Of a stretch of DNA of 64,000 bases, positions 1 to 9,706 are shown in pieces. The translations under genes were made by a program, and so were the position numbers. This stretch comes from Alphaproteobacteria bacterium (GTDB lineage Bacteria; Pseudomonadota; Alphaproteobacteria; SP197): assembly GCA_965228895.1 (NCBI GenBank), contig OZ245842.1, positions 3,296,001 to 3,360,000 of the forward strand. Reading direction: 5' to 3'. The notes beneath the pieces are model-generated. The model saw only the letters and a list, made by a program, of their open reading frames with translations. It was not told the origin of the DNA and ran no database searches. Each line of letters begins with the position of its first letter. Position 1 is the first letter of the stretch.

Positions 1-32
1 TACAGTTACAACTGAGCGGTGGAAAAGTGTCG

Positions 33-743
33 ATGAAATCGCGTGTTCGCGGAGACTGGAAGATTGGCCTTGTGGCCCTGGCATTGGCCTCCCTGTTCGC
101 CACCATGCCGGCCGGCATGGCCCAAGCGCAGCTTGCGGTCTCAGAGATGGTGGTCGACATGACCGCTCCTGACGACCGCAAGGACTTGATCGTGACCAAC
201 ACCGGCGACGACACCATGTATGTCGCTGTCGAGATCAAGGAGTTCATCAATCCGGGCATGCCCGACCAGACCGAGATCGCCCACCGCACGCCGGACGAAA
301 CCGGCCTTCTCGTCTCGCCCAGCAAGATGGTGCTGGGTGCCGGCGAACGGGCGGTCGTGCGCATGGCAGTTATCGAACGTCCGGACGCCGCCGACCGCGT
401 GTTTCAGGTGACGGTCAAACCGGTCTTGGGGGACGAAGAAACTCAGACGACCATGATCCGCCTGTTGGTCGCCTATGGCGTCCTGGTCATCGTGCGGCCG
501 GAAGACCTGAACCCGAACATCTCCGTGCAGCGCAATGGCCAGACGCTGTTCGTCGAGAACAACGGCAACACCATGGTCGAACTTGCTCATGGCAAACAAT
601 GCGATGCCAGTGGCGCGATCTGCTCGGATCTGCCCAGCAAGCGCGTCTATCCGGGCGGCACATGGCAGGTCGAACTGGCCCATGACACCCCGGCCGAATA
701 CCGCGTCTCCAGCGGCGGCGAGACCGAGGTGCGCACGTACTGA
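33..743 (+). CDS. Periplasmic pilus assembly chaperone (PapD-like, alternate CS1/ECP type)
   Basis: Signal peptide, V.N.GD...YV.V, LLVSPSKMVL..GE...VR, VENNGNT, C-terminal Cys pair. Confidence 0.8.
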   Translation: MKSRVRGDWKIGLVALALASLFATMPAGMAQAQLAVSEMVVDMTAPDDRKDLIVTNTGDDTMYVAVEIKEFINPGMPDQTEIAHRTPDETGLLVSPSKMVLGAGERAVVRMAVIERPDAADRVFQVTVKPVLGDEETQTTMIRLLVAYGVLVIVRPEDLNPNISVQRNGQTLFVENNGNTMVELAHGKQCDASGAICSDLPSKRVYPGGTWQVELAHDTPAEYRVSSGGETEVRTY

Positions 744-964
744 GCCGCTCTGACTGGCATAGCGACGCGATCACGCGCGGTACGCCGGTCACCGCAAGCT
801 ACAAGAACACCCAGAACGTCCGCCGATTTTTGACCGACCAATGCGGTCCCGGATTCCGTTTCGAGCGAACGTTCATGCAGTCGATCAAGGACGGCACGCC
901 GAAGACCATGGGCGATGTCGCCGACGCATGGCTGCGACGCCACGCCGCGGCCGGTAAGCGCTGA
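740..964 (+). CDS. DUF6434-like small protein with CTG start (or pseudogene)
   Basis: Manual translation: LSRSDWHSDAITRGTPVTASYKNTQNVRRFLTDQCGPGFRFERTFMQSIKDGTPKTMGDVADAWLRRH; no ATG/GTG/TTG start; GAGGT 9 nt upstream. Confidence 0.6.
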   Translation: MSRSDWHSDAITRGTPVTASYKNTQNVRRFLTDQCGPGFRFERTFMQSIKDGTPKTMGDVADAWLRRHAAAGKR

Positions 965-1057
965 TCGCTTAAGGTCGTCCAGCGCGCAGGCGGACCACCG
1001 TGTAGTCTGCTCGCGGAATGCGCTAACGTGCTCACCGCAAGACAGACCGGGGCGGCG

Positions 1058-2413
1058 ATGCTTGGCATTAACGACACCAACCGCAAGTGGTGGATCCTGA
1101 TCGCCGCGTCGACGGTTGGCGGCCTGATTCTTCTGGATGAGACGGTCGTCGGTATTGCGCTACCGACCATTCGCCAAGACCTCGGCATGGGCGAAACCGC
1201 CGCCCATTGGGTCATCAGCGCGTACTTCCTCGTCTTGACGGCGTTCGCCGCCGCTTTCGGCAAGATCGGCGATATCGTCGGCTTCCACGTTCTTCTTTAC
1301 ATCGGCGCGGTGCTGTTCGCAGGCGCGTCGCTTGCCGCGGGTTTCGCCGATGACGGCACCGTCCTGATCGCCGCGCGCGTGGTCGAAGGCCTAGGCGCTG
1401 CGATCATCTTCCCCGGCACCATCGCGATGATCACCATTGCTTTCCCGCCAGATCAGCGCGGCATGGCGATCGGCATCATGGCCGCCATCGGCACGACCTT
1501 CCTGGCGGTCGGTCCGCTGGTCGGCGGATTTTTCACCGAGATCATATCGTGGCGTTGGATCTTTTGGATCAACGTGCCAATCGTCGCGGCCATTGTCTTG
1601 GTCATCGCACTTGCTTGGGTCGCGCCGCCGCGCAAGGCCGAGACGTCCCGCTTCGACTACGGCGGTCTCGTCACGCTTATCGCCAGCACGACCCTGATCG
1701 TGTTTGCCGTCATGCAGGGCGGCTCCTGGGGATGGGGCAACGCCACCATCCTCACCTGTCTGATCGTCGGCGTGGCGGTGCTCATCGCCTTCGTCATCAT
1801 CGAGAATAGGCGTGACGCGCCTTTGCTGGAGGTCGATCTGTTCCGCATCGGCGAGTTCAGCGCCTGCACGCTCGTGCTGTTTGTCGGCCAGTACGCGAAG
1901 ATCGTTATTGTCATTTTTGGCGCGCTCTATCTGCAGCAAAGCCTCGGCATGTCCCCGCTCACCGCCGGTTTCGCGCTGCTGGCAGCCGTTGCCGGTTTCC
2001 CGTTCCTGTCGGCGCCGGTCGGCCGGTTCGCCGACAAACACGGCGCGCGCAAACCGGTTCTTCTGGGACTGGGCGTCGCGACCCTGGCCATGGCGTGGAT
2101 CGTCGTCGCCATCGTCTGGAACAGCTATCTGTTGCTGCTTCCAGGTCTGCTCATCTGGGGTCTCGCCATGCCGTTCTGCTATTCGCCGACGCTGCGCGCC
2201 ATGGCCAATGCGGTGCCCCCAGAAAAGCAGGGCCAGACAAGCGGCATCGGCATTACCAGCCGGCTTGTCGGCGGCACCGTCAGCATGGCAATCAGCAGCA
2301 CGCTCTTGGTCGCGACCGGTTCCTATCAGCTCGTCTTCCTGGTCGCGGCGGTCGTCATGGCCGCCGCCTGGATCGCCGGCTGGCGCGCCATCGCAGAAGA
2401 GACCGCCGCCTAA
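1058..2413 (+). CDS. MFS transporter, DHA2 (EmrB/QacA) family
   Basis: About 14 TM segments, LDETVVGIALPTI, WRWIFWINVP. Confidence 0.9.
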   Translation: MLGINDTNRKWWILIAASTVGGLILLDETVVGIALPTIRQDLGMGETAAHWVISAYFLVLTAFAAAFGKIGDIVGFHVLLYIGAVLFAGASLAAGFADDGTVLIAARVVEGLGAAIIFPGTIAMITIAFPPDQRGMAIGIMAAIGTTFLAVGPLVGGFFTEIISWRWIFWINVPIVAAIVLVIALAWVAPPRKAETSRFDYGGLVTLIASTTLIVFAVMQGGSWGWGNATILTCLIVGVAVLIAFVIIENRRDAPLLEVDLFRIGEFSACTLVLFVGQYAKIVIVIFGALYLQQSLGMSPLTAGFALLAAVAGFPFLSAPVGRFADKHGARKPVLLGLGVATLAMAWIVVAIVWNSYLLLLPGLLIWGLAMPFCYSPTLRAMANAVPPEKQGQTSGIGITSRLVGGTVSMAISSTLLVATGSYQLVFLVAAVVMAAAWIAGWRAIAEETAA

Positions 2414-2512
2414 CTGATCGCCACCTTGTGAGCCCTCGCTGCTCGACGTAACGCGGCGTGGATGCGACGATGCCGCGATCACAACAAGACCAACCCGTCA
2501 CAGGAGAACACG

Positions 2513-2977
2513 ATGGGCGCGGATACCAAGATGACCGGCGGCTGCATGTGCGGCGCGGTGCGATACGAAACCACCGGCGACTCGTTCGGCGTCAACCATT
2601 GCCACTGCCATAGCTGCCGCAAACATAACGGCGGGCCGGTTGTGACGCTGGCTGGATTCAAGGCCGACCAAGTCGCGTTCAGCGGCGACGATCGCAAGAT
2701 CTACGAGTCCTCGCCGGGCGTCGGCCGCGCCTTCTGCGGCAAGTGCGGCACGCCCCTGACCTGGGAAGGCGACGGCGGCGAACTCGGCCCGATCTTCGAG
2801 TTCCATATCAGCACGCTCGACAACCCCGATGTCCTGGTGCCGACCGGCCACTCGTTCGACCCCGAACGCATTCCCTGGTTCGACATCGCCGACGGCCTGC
2901 CGCGCTATGAAACTTTCGCCGAAGCCAGCCCGGTGCTACGCCACGGCCCGGCGAAAGAGGGTTTGCCGTCGGGTTGA
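2513..2977 (+). CDS. GFA / CENP-V family zinc protein
   Basis: GGCMCGAVRY, CHCHSCRK, FCGKCGT; RBS AGGAG. Confidence 0.9.
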   Translation: MGADTKMTGGCMCGAVRYETTGDSFGVNHCHCHSCRKHNGGPVVTLAGFKADQVAFSGDDRKIYESSPGVGRAFCGKCGTPLTWEGDGGELGPIFEFHISTLDNPDVLVPTGHSFDPERIPWFDIADGLPRYETFAEASPVLRHGPAKEGLPSG

Positions 2978-3079
2978 GACAGTCAACGACTCAGGCAAGC
3001 CGGCCTTTCCACATCCTTCGGGCCCGTGTTCCATCGACGTCCGACGCCGGGATTACAGCCGGGTTGCGTTCGACTCCCG

Positions 3080-4822
3080 TCACGTGACGCCCGCTTTGCG
3101 TAGACCTTCGATGTAGCGCCCGGCCCCGACGGCTCGCGTTAACGCAACCGTGTCTTTGACGAACGACAAATCGAAGTCGGGCTTGATGGCCTTGATGCGG
3201 TCGACCGCCTGCCGGGCCTCATCGAGACGATCGAGATGCGCCAATGCGACGGCTTCGGACACATGCGCCCACAATCCGGCGTTTGGCTCGCGCAGGGCCT
3301 CACGTACATGGGTCAAGGCGACGTCATCGCGCTCCATAAAGAGGTAGGCTTGGCACTTGATGAGGAGAAAGGCCCAAAGCATGGGATCGCGCGGGCTCAA
3401 CCGAATGGCCTCGTCCTCCTCTTGAATCCCCTCCTCGGGGCGACCGCTATAGGCAAGCGCCCAGCCCAGGGAAAAATGGGCGCTCGCCAGATTGGGGTTG
3501 AGAGCAAGCGCCTTGCGGCTGGAGGCAATGGACCCATCGTAGTCACCGTTCATCATATAGGGCCGTGTGCTCATGTCGTATCCGAACGGATCGTCCGGAT
3601 CGATCACGATGGCACGCTCAGCGGCCGCCGCCGCGGCCGCAAGAAGCGTTTGAGGTTCGCCACCGAAGGCATGCAGAACTGCCAAGAAGAGTGCATAGGC
3701 AAGAGCCGCATGGGCCGGTGCAAAGTTCGGATCAAGCTCTATGGCGCGCCTGAAGCATGACTGCGCTTCGACATTGTCCTCAGCCGCATTGCGGTACACA
3801 TGCCACATGCCACGTTGATAGGTTTCCCAGGCGTCGAGGCTCTCGGCCGGCTTGCGACGTGCACGCTCGCGCTCGGCACTGCTCAATGTCGGTGCGATCG
3901 CGGTGACCACGGCATGCGTCACCTCGTCTTGGACCGCGAAGATATCCTCGAGATCGCGATCGTAGCGTTCGGCCCACAGGTGGTTGTCCGAAGATGCATC
4001 AATCAGCTGTGCGGTGACGCGCACCCGGTTGCCGGCGCGGCGCACACTACCTTCGACGATGTAGCGTACGCCAAGCTTATGTCCGATCTCCTTGATGTCC
4101 AACGACTGCCCTCTGAACGAAAACGACGAGTTGCGCGCGATTACAAAGAGCGAGCGGAATTTCGAGAGCTCCGTGATGATGTCTTCGCTGATGCCGTCCG
4201 CAAAGAAGTCCTGGTCGACGTCGGCGCTCATGTTGTCAAATGGCAGAACGGCGACCGACGGTTTATCCGGTAACGCCAAGGGCGCCGCATCGGGTCTCGC
4301 GGCGACCCCACCTTCCGACCACGTCCACACGCGGATCGGCCGCGCGATGTTCTTTACCGTCTGCTCGCCGCCGTCTTCGAAACCATGATCGACCTTGCCG
4401 GCAATATGCTCATAGACCGCGCCCGAGACACAGATGCCGCCGGGTTCGGCCAGCGCCTCAAGACGCGCGGCGATGTTGACGCCGTCGCCATAGATATCGT
4501 CGCCGTCGATGATGATATCGCCCAGGTTGATGCCAATGCGGAACACGATCTTTCGGCCGTCCGGCGCGTCGGCATTGCGTTCGACCATACCGCGCTGGAC
4601 CTCGACGGCGCTTTCGACCGCATCGACGACGCTTGGAAACTCGATCAGCGCACCGTCGCCCATCAGTTTGACGATACGCCCGCCCCGCGCCGCAATCGCC
4701 GGATCGACAAACTCGGCACGATGCGCCTTCAACGCCGCCAGCGTGCCAGCCTCGTCGGCTTCCATCAGCCGAGAATAACCGACCACGTCGGCGGCGAGTA
4801 TGGCGGCCAGCCGTCGTTCCAT
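3080..4822 (-). CDS. Class III adenylate/guanylate cyclase with TolB-N-like and TPR domains
   Basis: ADVVGYS, KLMGDG, GDGVNIAARLE, PDKPSVAVLPF, TPR repeats; start reset to MERRLAA. Confidence 0.92.
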   Translation of the reverse strand: MERRLAAILAADVVGYSRLMEADEAGTLAALKAHRAEFVDPAIAARGGRIVKLMGDGALIEFPSVVDAVESAVEVQRGMVERNADAPDGRKIVFRIGINLGDIIIDGDDIYGDGVNIAARLEALAEPGGICVSGAVYEHIAGKVDHGFEDGGEQTVKNIARPIRVWTWSEGGVAARPDAAPLALPDKPSVAVLPFDNMSADVDQDFFADGISEDIITELSKFRSLFVIARNSSFSFRGQSLDIKEIGHKLGVRYIVEGSVRRAGNRVRVTAQLIDASSDNHLWAERYDRDLEDIFAVQDEVTHAVVTAIAPTLSSAERERARRKPAESLDAWETYQRGMWHVYRNAAEDNVEAQSCFRRAIELDPNFAPAHAALAYALFLAVLHAFGGEPQTLLAAAAAAAERAIVIDPDDPFGYDMSTRPYMMNGDYDGSIASSRKALALNPNLASAHFSLGWALAYSGRPEEGIQEEDEAIRLSPRDPMLWAFLLIKCQAYLFMERDDVALTHVREALREPNAGLWAHVSEAVALAHLDRLDEARQAVDRIKAIKPDFDLSFVKDTVALTRAVGAGRYIEGLRKAGVT

Positions 4823-4883
4823 GCCTACCTCCCGTAAGGCCCACCGTAGCGACTGGTGGACGACAAGACCACGATCCGGTTGG

Positions 4884-5177
4884 TCAGATGATACCCTCGA
4901 CCAGAACCAGATTGGTCTGTGCTGACCGATGGCGATGTTTGGCCAGCTCTTGATAGTCGGGATCATCGAGCCAGGCGCGGGCGTGGTCGACACTGGGAAA
5001 CTTCATGAGCACCGTACGGGGCAACGACCAAACGCCTTCGATGACCGTCGTTTCATCCTTTGACGTCGCCAGCAATTCGCCGCCATGTCTCTCAAAAATG
5101 GGATAGAAACCAGCCAGATAATGTTGGTACTCGTCGGGATCTTGAACGTCGATCTGCGCGATCATGTAGGCACTCAT
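4884..5177 (-). CDS. DUF1330 family protein
   Basis: MSAYMIAQIDV...EG.W...VLMKFPS...ARAW...YQ; RBS GAGGAGG. Confidence 0.85.
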   Translation of the reverse strand: MSAYMIAQIDVQDPDEYQHYLAGFYPIFERHGGELLATSKDETTVIEGVWSLPRTVLMKFPSVDHARAWLDDPDYQELAKHRHRSAQTNLVLVEGII

Positions 5178-5221
5178 GGGGCTTCGCCTCCTCGTGCGAG
5201 AGTGTTGTCTTGGAGAGCCGT

Positions 5222-6973
5222 CTAGTCCGGCAAGCCGGCCTTGCGCAGGCCGTCGTGGAACAGGGCGCGGCACGCCTGATCTGTAATCGGCAGGGCCTCG
5301 TCGACATAGCTGATCGAAACATCGGCCTTCGTGCGCTGCGCGCGTTTGATGGCATCTTGCGCCTCGGCATCACGGTCCAAATGGCCGAGGGCGCTGATTT
5401 CGGCCAAATGGGAGAAGATGCGCGCGTTGGCCTGGCGTTGCGACATCTGCGACCACACGATGGCCTCGTCGTACTCTTCCATCATCAGAAGCGCGATGGC
5501 CTTGCTGGCCATGTAGGCCCAGTTCATTGGGTCGTTGGGACTTAGCCGCATGGCCTCATTGTGCGACGCCACCGCCTCCTGCGGCCGGCCCGCATGCCAC
5601 AGCGCATGGCCGCGGCCGAAATGGGCCGCAGCAAAATTGGGGTTCAATGAAATCGCCTTATCGGCGGCGCTGATCGCTTCGTCATGCTCGCCACGCACGA
5701 TGTGGCTGCGCGTCATGATCGACCACGCGAAGGGATCATGCTCGTCCAGCCTGACAGCCGTGCGCGCCTCGTCGTAGACAAGCTGAAGATCGCCGTCACG
5801 GTCAACCGATGCGCCCTGAATCAGGTTGGCATAAACCGTGAAGGCGATGCCTGCATGGGGCGAAGAGAAGGTCGGGTCCAGTTCGATCGACCGGCGATAA
5901 AAGCCCAGCGCGTCCTCCCGGTTATCGGGCCGGTACTGATAGGTGTGCCACAGGCCGCGTTGATAATTTTCCCAGGCATCCAGACTTTCCGGCGGCTTGC
6001 GCAGCGCACGCCGGCGCTCGCTGGTGCCAAGCTGTGGTTCGATCGCGGTGACAATCGCCGTCGTCACCTCATCCTGCACGGCGAAGATGTCTTCGAGGTC
6101 GCGGTCATATCGCTCGGCCCAAAGATGAGCGTCGTCCGTGGCATCAATCAACTGCGCGGTAACCCGCACACGGTTGCCGGCCCGGCGCACACTGCCTTCA
6201 ACGACATACCGCACGCCAAGCTTCTCGCCGATCTGCTTGATCTCCAAGGCCTGCCCCTTGAAGGCAAAGGACGAGTTGCGCGCGATGACGAACAAGCTGT
6301 GAAATTTGGATAGCTCGGTGATGATGTCTTCGGTGATGCCGTCAGCGAAGTACTCCTGTTCGGGATCGCCCGACATGTTGGTGAACGGCAGCACGGCGAT
6401 CGACGGTTTGTCGGGTAGCGACAAGGTGTCGGCAGCAAGCGCCGGCACGCCCACGTCTGATGCATCCAGCACAACCCGGAACACATGAACGGGATCGGCG
6501 ATATTCTTGACCTGCTGGGCACCCATGTCATCAAAGGCCAGATCCAGCTTGCCACGCACATTTTGATGCACGGTGCTGGAAATGCAGATGCCGCCTGGAT
6601 CGGCCAGCCCCTCCAGGCGCGCTGCGACATTCACGCCATCACCATAGATGTCGCGTCCTTCGACGATGACGTCGCCCAGATTGATGCCAATGCGCAGATG
6701 AACCGTCCGATGCTCGCCCGCGTCGTTGCGCGCCGCAAGGCCGACCTGGATCGCCACCGCGCAGTCGACCGCCTCGACCACGCTGGTGAACTCTGCCAAC
6801 AGACCGTCGCCCATCAGCTTGACGACACGTCCCTTACGCTCGGCAATCGCCGGCGCGACGAGATCCTTACGCAGCGCTTTCAACGCCGTCAGCGTGCCGG
6901 TCTCATCCTCGCCCATCAGGCGCGAATAGCCGACCACGTCCGCAGCCAGGATCGCCGCCAGCCGTCGCTCCAT
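5222..6973 (-). CDS. Class III adenylate/guanylate cyclase with TolB-N-like and TPR domains (paralogue)
   Basis: Same motifs as 3080-4822; C-terminal GLRKAGLPD. Confidence 0.92.
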   Translation of the reverse strand: MERRLAAILAADVVGYSRLMGEDETGTLTALKALRKDLVAPAIAERKGRVVKLMGDGLLAEFTSVVEAVDCAVAIQVGLAARNDAGEHRTVHLRIGINLGDVIVEGRDIYGDGVNVAARLEGLADPGGICISSTVHQNVRGKLDLAFDDMGAQQVKNIADPVHVFRVVLDASDVGVPALAADTLSLPDKPSIAVLPFTNMSGDPEQEYFADGITEDIITELSKFHSLFVIARNSSFAFKGQALEIKQIGEKLGVRYVVEGSVRRAGNRVRVTAQLIDATDDAHLWAERYDRDLEDIFAVQDEVTTAIVTAIEPQLGTSERRRALRKPPESLDAWENYQRGLWHTYQYRPDNREDALGFYRRSIELDPTFSSPHAGIAFTVYANLIQGASVDRDGDLQLVYDEARTAVRLDEHDPFAWSIMTRSHIVRGEHDEAISAADKAISLNPNFAAAHFGRGHALWHAGRPQEAVASHNEAMRLSPNDPMNWAYMASKAIALLMMEEYDEAIVWSQMSQRQANARIFSHLAEISALGHLDRDAEAQDAIKRAQRTKADVSISYVDEALPITDQACRALFHDGLRKAGLPD

Positions 6974-7057
6974 CGAATGCCTCCCTCGCCCGGCAGACTA
7001 GCCGTGCACCCCGCGAGAATCCATGATCATCCGGCGCTCCCGGATACCGAACCGCCG

Positions 7058-9700
7058 TCAGTCGTCGTCGGCGCCCTGGGCGATGTCGATGATTGCAGCG
7101 AACGCCGCATCGTCAATCGGCTCACAGGTCAAAACACCCAGGTCGGCGTAGAGCTCATCCGGCATCTCCGGCAGATCAACCGCGCACGGCGCGCCACCGG
7201 GCGGCGATATCGCCAAACGTTGCGCCGTCGTTATCTCGGTCTGGAAGTAACCGGAACTGTCGGTCGACGCGATGCCGATGGCGCCGTCGATACGGCCATC
7301 GGCCACCGGCTGGCCGGCCTCGTCGACAATTTGGCCGAACACGGCGATCAGGCGATCGGCGATGTAGCGAACCGACACGGCGTTACCGGGAAACAGCGTC
7401 AGTTCATGGTTGGGCTGATCGACATGAATGAAACCTTCGGTATCGTCGGTCAACGAGATCTCATAAGTCGCATAGGGCGGCAGCGGCAGGAAAACGCTCT
7501 CGCCAACGCGGACCCTCTCGCGCGGATCGCCGTCGACATTGACCAGGAAAGTCCGGTCGGGATCGACATTGCCGTCCAGCAGCACCATCACACCGCTCTC
7601 CGTCAGCGCCGGCCCGCCAAACGCAAAACCATCCTCGTTGCCAATCAGGTTGATGTCGAAAACGCCGCTATAGGTCTGGAAGACCTCGCTGTCGTTGAAC
7701 GTCGTCTCGTAGTCAAAACCAACGCGTCCGATGTTGTTCGAATAGTCGGCGCCAACGGCGACGGAGTCTTCGATTACCGTATGAACGGCGCCGGCGCGGA
7801 TCGAGAGATCGTCCTCAAGGATGTCGTGATCGTCCCAGATCACGATACCGCCACCCTCGACGCCGGAACCGCCATCCGACGTGGCGATGGGCCGCGGATT
7901 GGAATGTCGGTAACCGACATTGCCGCGATAGGTCCAATGGTCGTCCGCGTAGGTAAAGCGCAACCCGGTCAGCGCCAGGAACTCGCGGTTCGACTGCGTC
8001 ACACTGCCGGTCCACTGAACGTTCAGGCCGTTCTCGGCGAACACATTGGCCGTGAACTGCGGGCCGAAGGACCAGGATTTCGAGTCAGCCTCGACGCTAT
8101 AGCTGCCGACCATGCTGACGCTCGCACCCCAGTCGGGCAAACGGTAGCTGACCGCGCCATTGAACTGCTGCGATCGGTTGATGAAGGGATCGAAGACATC
8201 GGGATTGCGCGAAGTCTGCGTGTCGCCGGCAAAGATTTGCCGCGCCGAGAAATTGACACCGATATCGTCGTACCTGTCGGTAAAGCGCACGAAGTAACCA
8301 TAGTCCCGATCGGTCGTCGCGATGATGCCGCCCTGCAGCCGCATCTGGTCATCCAGGTAGACCGCACCGGATTGCGCCAGCACCTGGTCGTCGCTGCCCA
8401 TCAGGTCGGCGAACCAGCCGGTCTGATCGTCGACACGATGGACCGTGCCGGCACGGAACAGCCAAGTCGACGTCACATCGCCGATAAACTCGCCGTCGCG
8501 GCCCTGTTCGTCATCGTTGATCAACTGGCCGATCTGAAACACATAGGTCGGCGCGTCTGCTGGCGGCAGTTCCGGTGTCTTGGCGAAAAACCGCGTCTCC
8601 TCGCGCGTGCCGCCGCCGATTTCCTGGATCCGCAGCGTGACTTCGTAAGAGCCCGGCGGCAGCGATGCCGTGTTCAAGACCTGGTTGCCGGCTTCATAGG
8701 TCTGGCTCGCCAACAGCCGGCCGTTGCCAAAGATGTCCACCTTGGAACGCACCGGCAAAAACAGGACAAGCGGCGTGCCGGTCACCAGATCCAGGTCCAT
8801 TCTGGAATCGAGCTGGGTGCCGATACCGACACCGACCATCTTTTCCTGCGCGACCGCTTCCAACGGTGCGGTCCGGAACAAGCCGCCTTGAAGACGCCAG
8901 GCTTCCTGGTCCGATACCACCTGTCCCTGGTCCAGGAAGAAACCGTCTTTGCTGTCATAGAGCAAATCGGAAACAAACCGGCTGTCTTCGACACCGACAA
9001 TGGTGTGGTTCAAGATATCGTAGTCGTTGTCCTGCCCGTCGCCACCGGAGATGATGCCGCTCAGGTAACTGAGGACCGCGGCGTCGCCGTCACTAGGCCG
9101 CAGATATCGCGCGCCGCCGCCCTGGATGCCGCGATAGGCGCCGTTGATGAAAAGATCGGCACGAAACGCGTTTCGATTGAAGATGACGCCGGCGATCGTC
9201 GGCTGCAGCACGCCACACCCTTCATCTTCCAGCGTTTCGCCGGGCAGGCAGACCAGATCGCTATGGCTCTTCAACGGACCGGTCAGCGCCGTGATCACGG
9301 GCGCGCGTTTGTCGACGTCTTCGATCAGATCGACAATGGCGGCGGGGTCTTCAAGCGTGATCGAACCCGGCGCATAGGTCGCCACGGCCGAAGTCAGAAT
9401 CCTGCCGTCGTAATAGATGTCGACGACGTTGGTTTGCGGTTCAACCAGGTTCTCGAACCCGGCAGGCACCACACCGGTTGCCTGGTCCGGCGCAATCGGC
9501 TCAGGAACTTTGATCAAGCTTGCGAACGCGTCCAGCGACGGCATGTAGTGCAGGTCGGCGGCAATGGCGATTTCCTCAGCCAGACCGCTGCGCACGGCGC
9601 CGAAGCCACCCGCGACAACCAGCGCGCCAAACAGCATCGGCGCGGCCGCCCGTAGAGGCCAGCCGCACACGCGTTTTACGAATGTCCTGCGCTCTTCCAT
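7058..9700 (-). CDS. Outer-membrane fimbrial usher (TcfC/EcpC/CooC-like)
   Basis: 880 aa, VPAGFENL, G.LL.SQ...AGNQ.LNT.SLP.GSY.VTL.I, beta-barrel pattern, C-terminal Cys pair. Confidence 0.85.
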   Translation of the reverse strand: MEERRTFVKRVCGWPLRAAAPMLFGALVVAGGFGAVRSGLAEEIAIAADLHYMPSLDAFASLIKVPEPIAPDQATGVVPAGFENLVEPQTNVVDIYYDGRILTSAVATYAPGSITLEDPAAIVDLIEDVDKRAPVITALTGPLKSHSDLVCLPGETLEDEGCGVLQPTIAGVIFNRNAFRADLFINGAYRGIQGGGARYLRPSDGDAAVLSYLSGIISGGDGQDNDYDILNHTIVGVEDSRFVSDLLYDSKDGFFLDQGQVVSDQEAWRLQGGLFRTAPLEAVAQEKMVGVGIGTQLDSRMDLDLVTGTPLVLFLPVRSKVDIFGNGRLLASQTYEAGNQVLNTASLPPGSYEVTLRIQEIGGGTREETRFFAKTPELPPADAPTYVFQIGQLINDDEQGRDGEFIGDVTSTWLFRAGTVHRVDDQTGWFADLMGSDDQVLAQSGAVYLDDQMRLQGGIIATTDRDYGYFVRFTDRYDDIGVNFSARQIFAGDTQTSRNPDVFDPFINRSQQFNGAVSYRLPDWGASVSMVGSYSVEADSKSWSFGPQFTANVFAENGLNVQWTGSVTQSNREFLALTGLRFTYADDHWTYRGNVGYRHSNPRPIATSDGGSGVEGGGIVIWDDHDILEDDLSIRAGAVHTVIEDSVAVGADYSNNIGRVGFDYETTFNDSEVFQTYSGVFDINLIGNEDGFAFGGPALTESGVMVLLDGNVDPDRTFLVNVDGDPRERVRVGESVFLPLPPYATYEISLTDDTEGFIHVDQPNHELTLFPGNAVSVRYIADRLIAVFGQIVDEAGQPVADGRIDGAIGIASTDSSGYFQTEITTAQRLAISPPGGAPCAVDLPEMPDELYADLGVLTCEPIDDAAFAAIIDIAQGADDD

Positions 9701-9706
9701 GGGTCG

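Noticed and set aside
1-15. Possible 3' end of an upstream gene (...YSYN stop)
   Set aside because: Too short to call
6485-9655. 1056 aa plus-strand ORF
   Set aside because: Antisense shadow of the usher and cyclase genes, typical of high-GC DNA; no motifs
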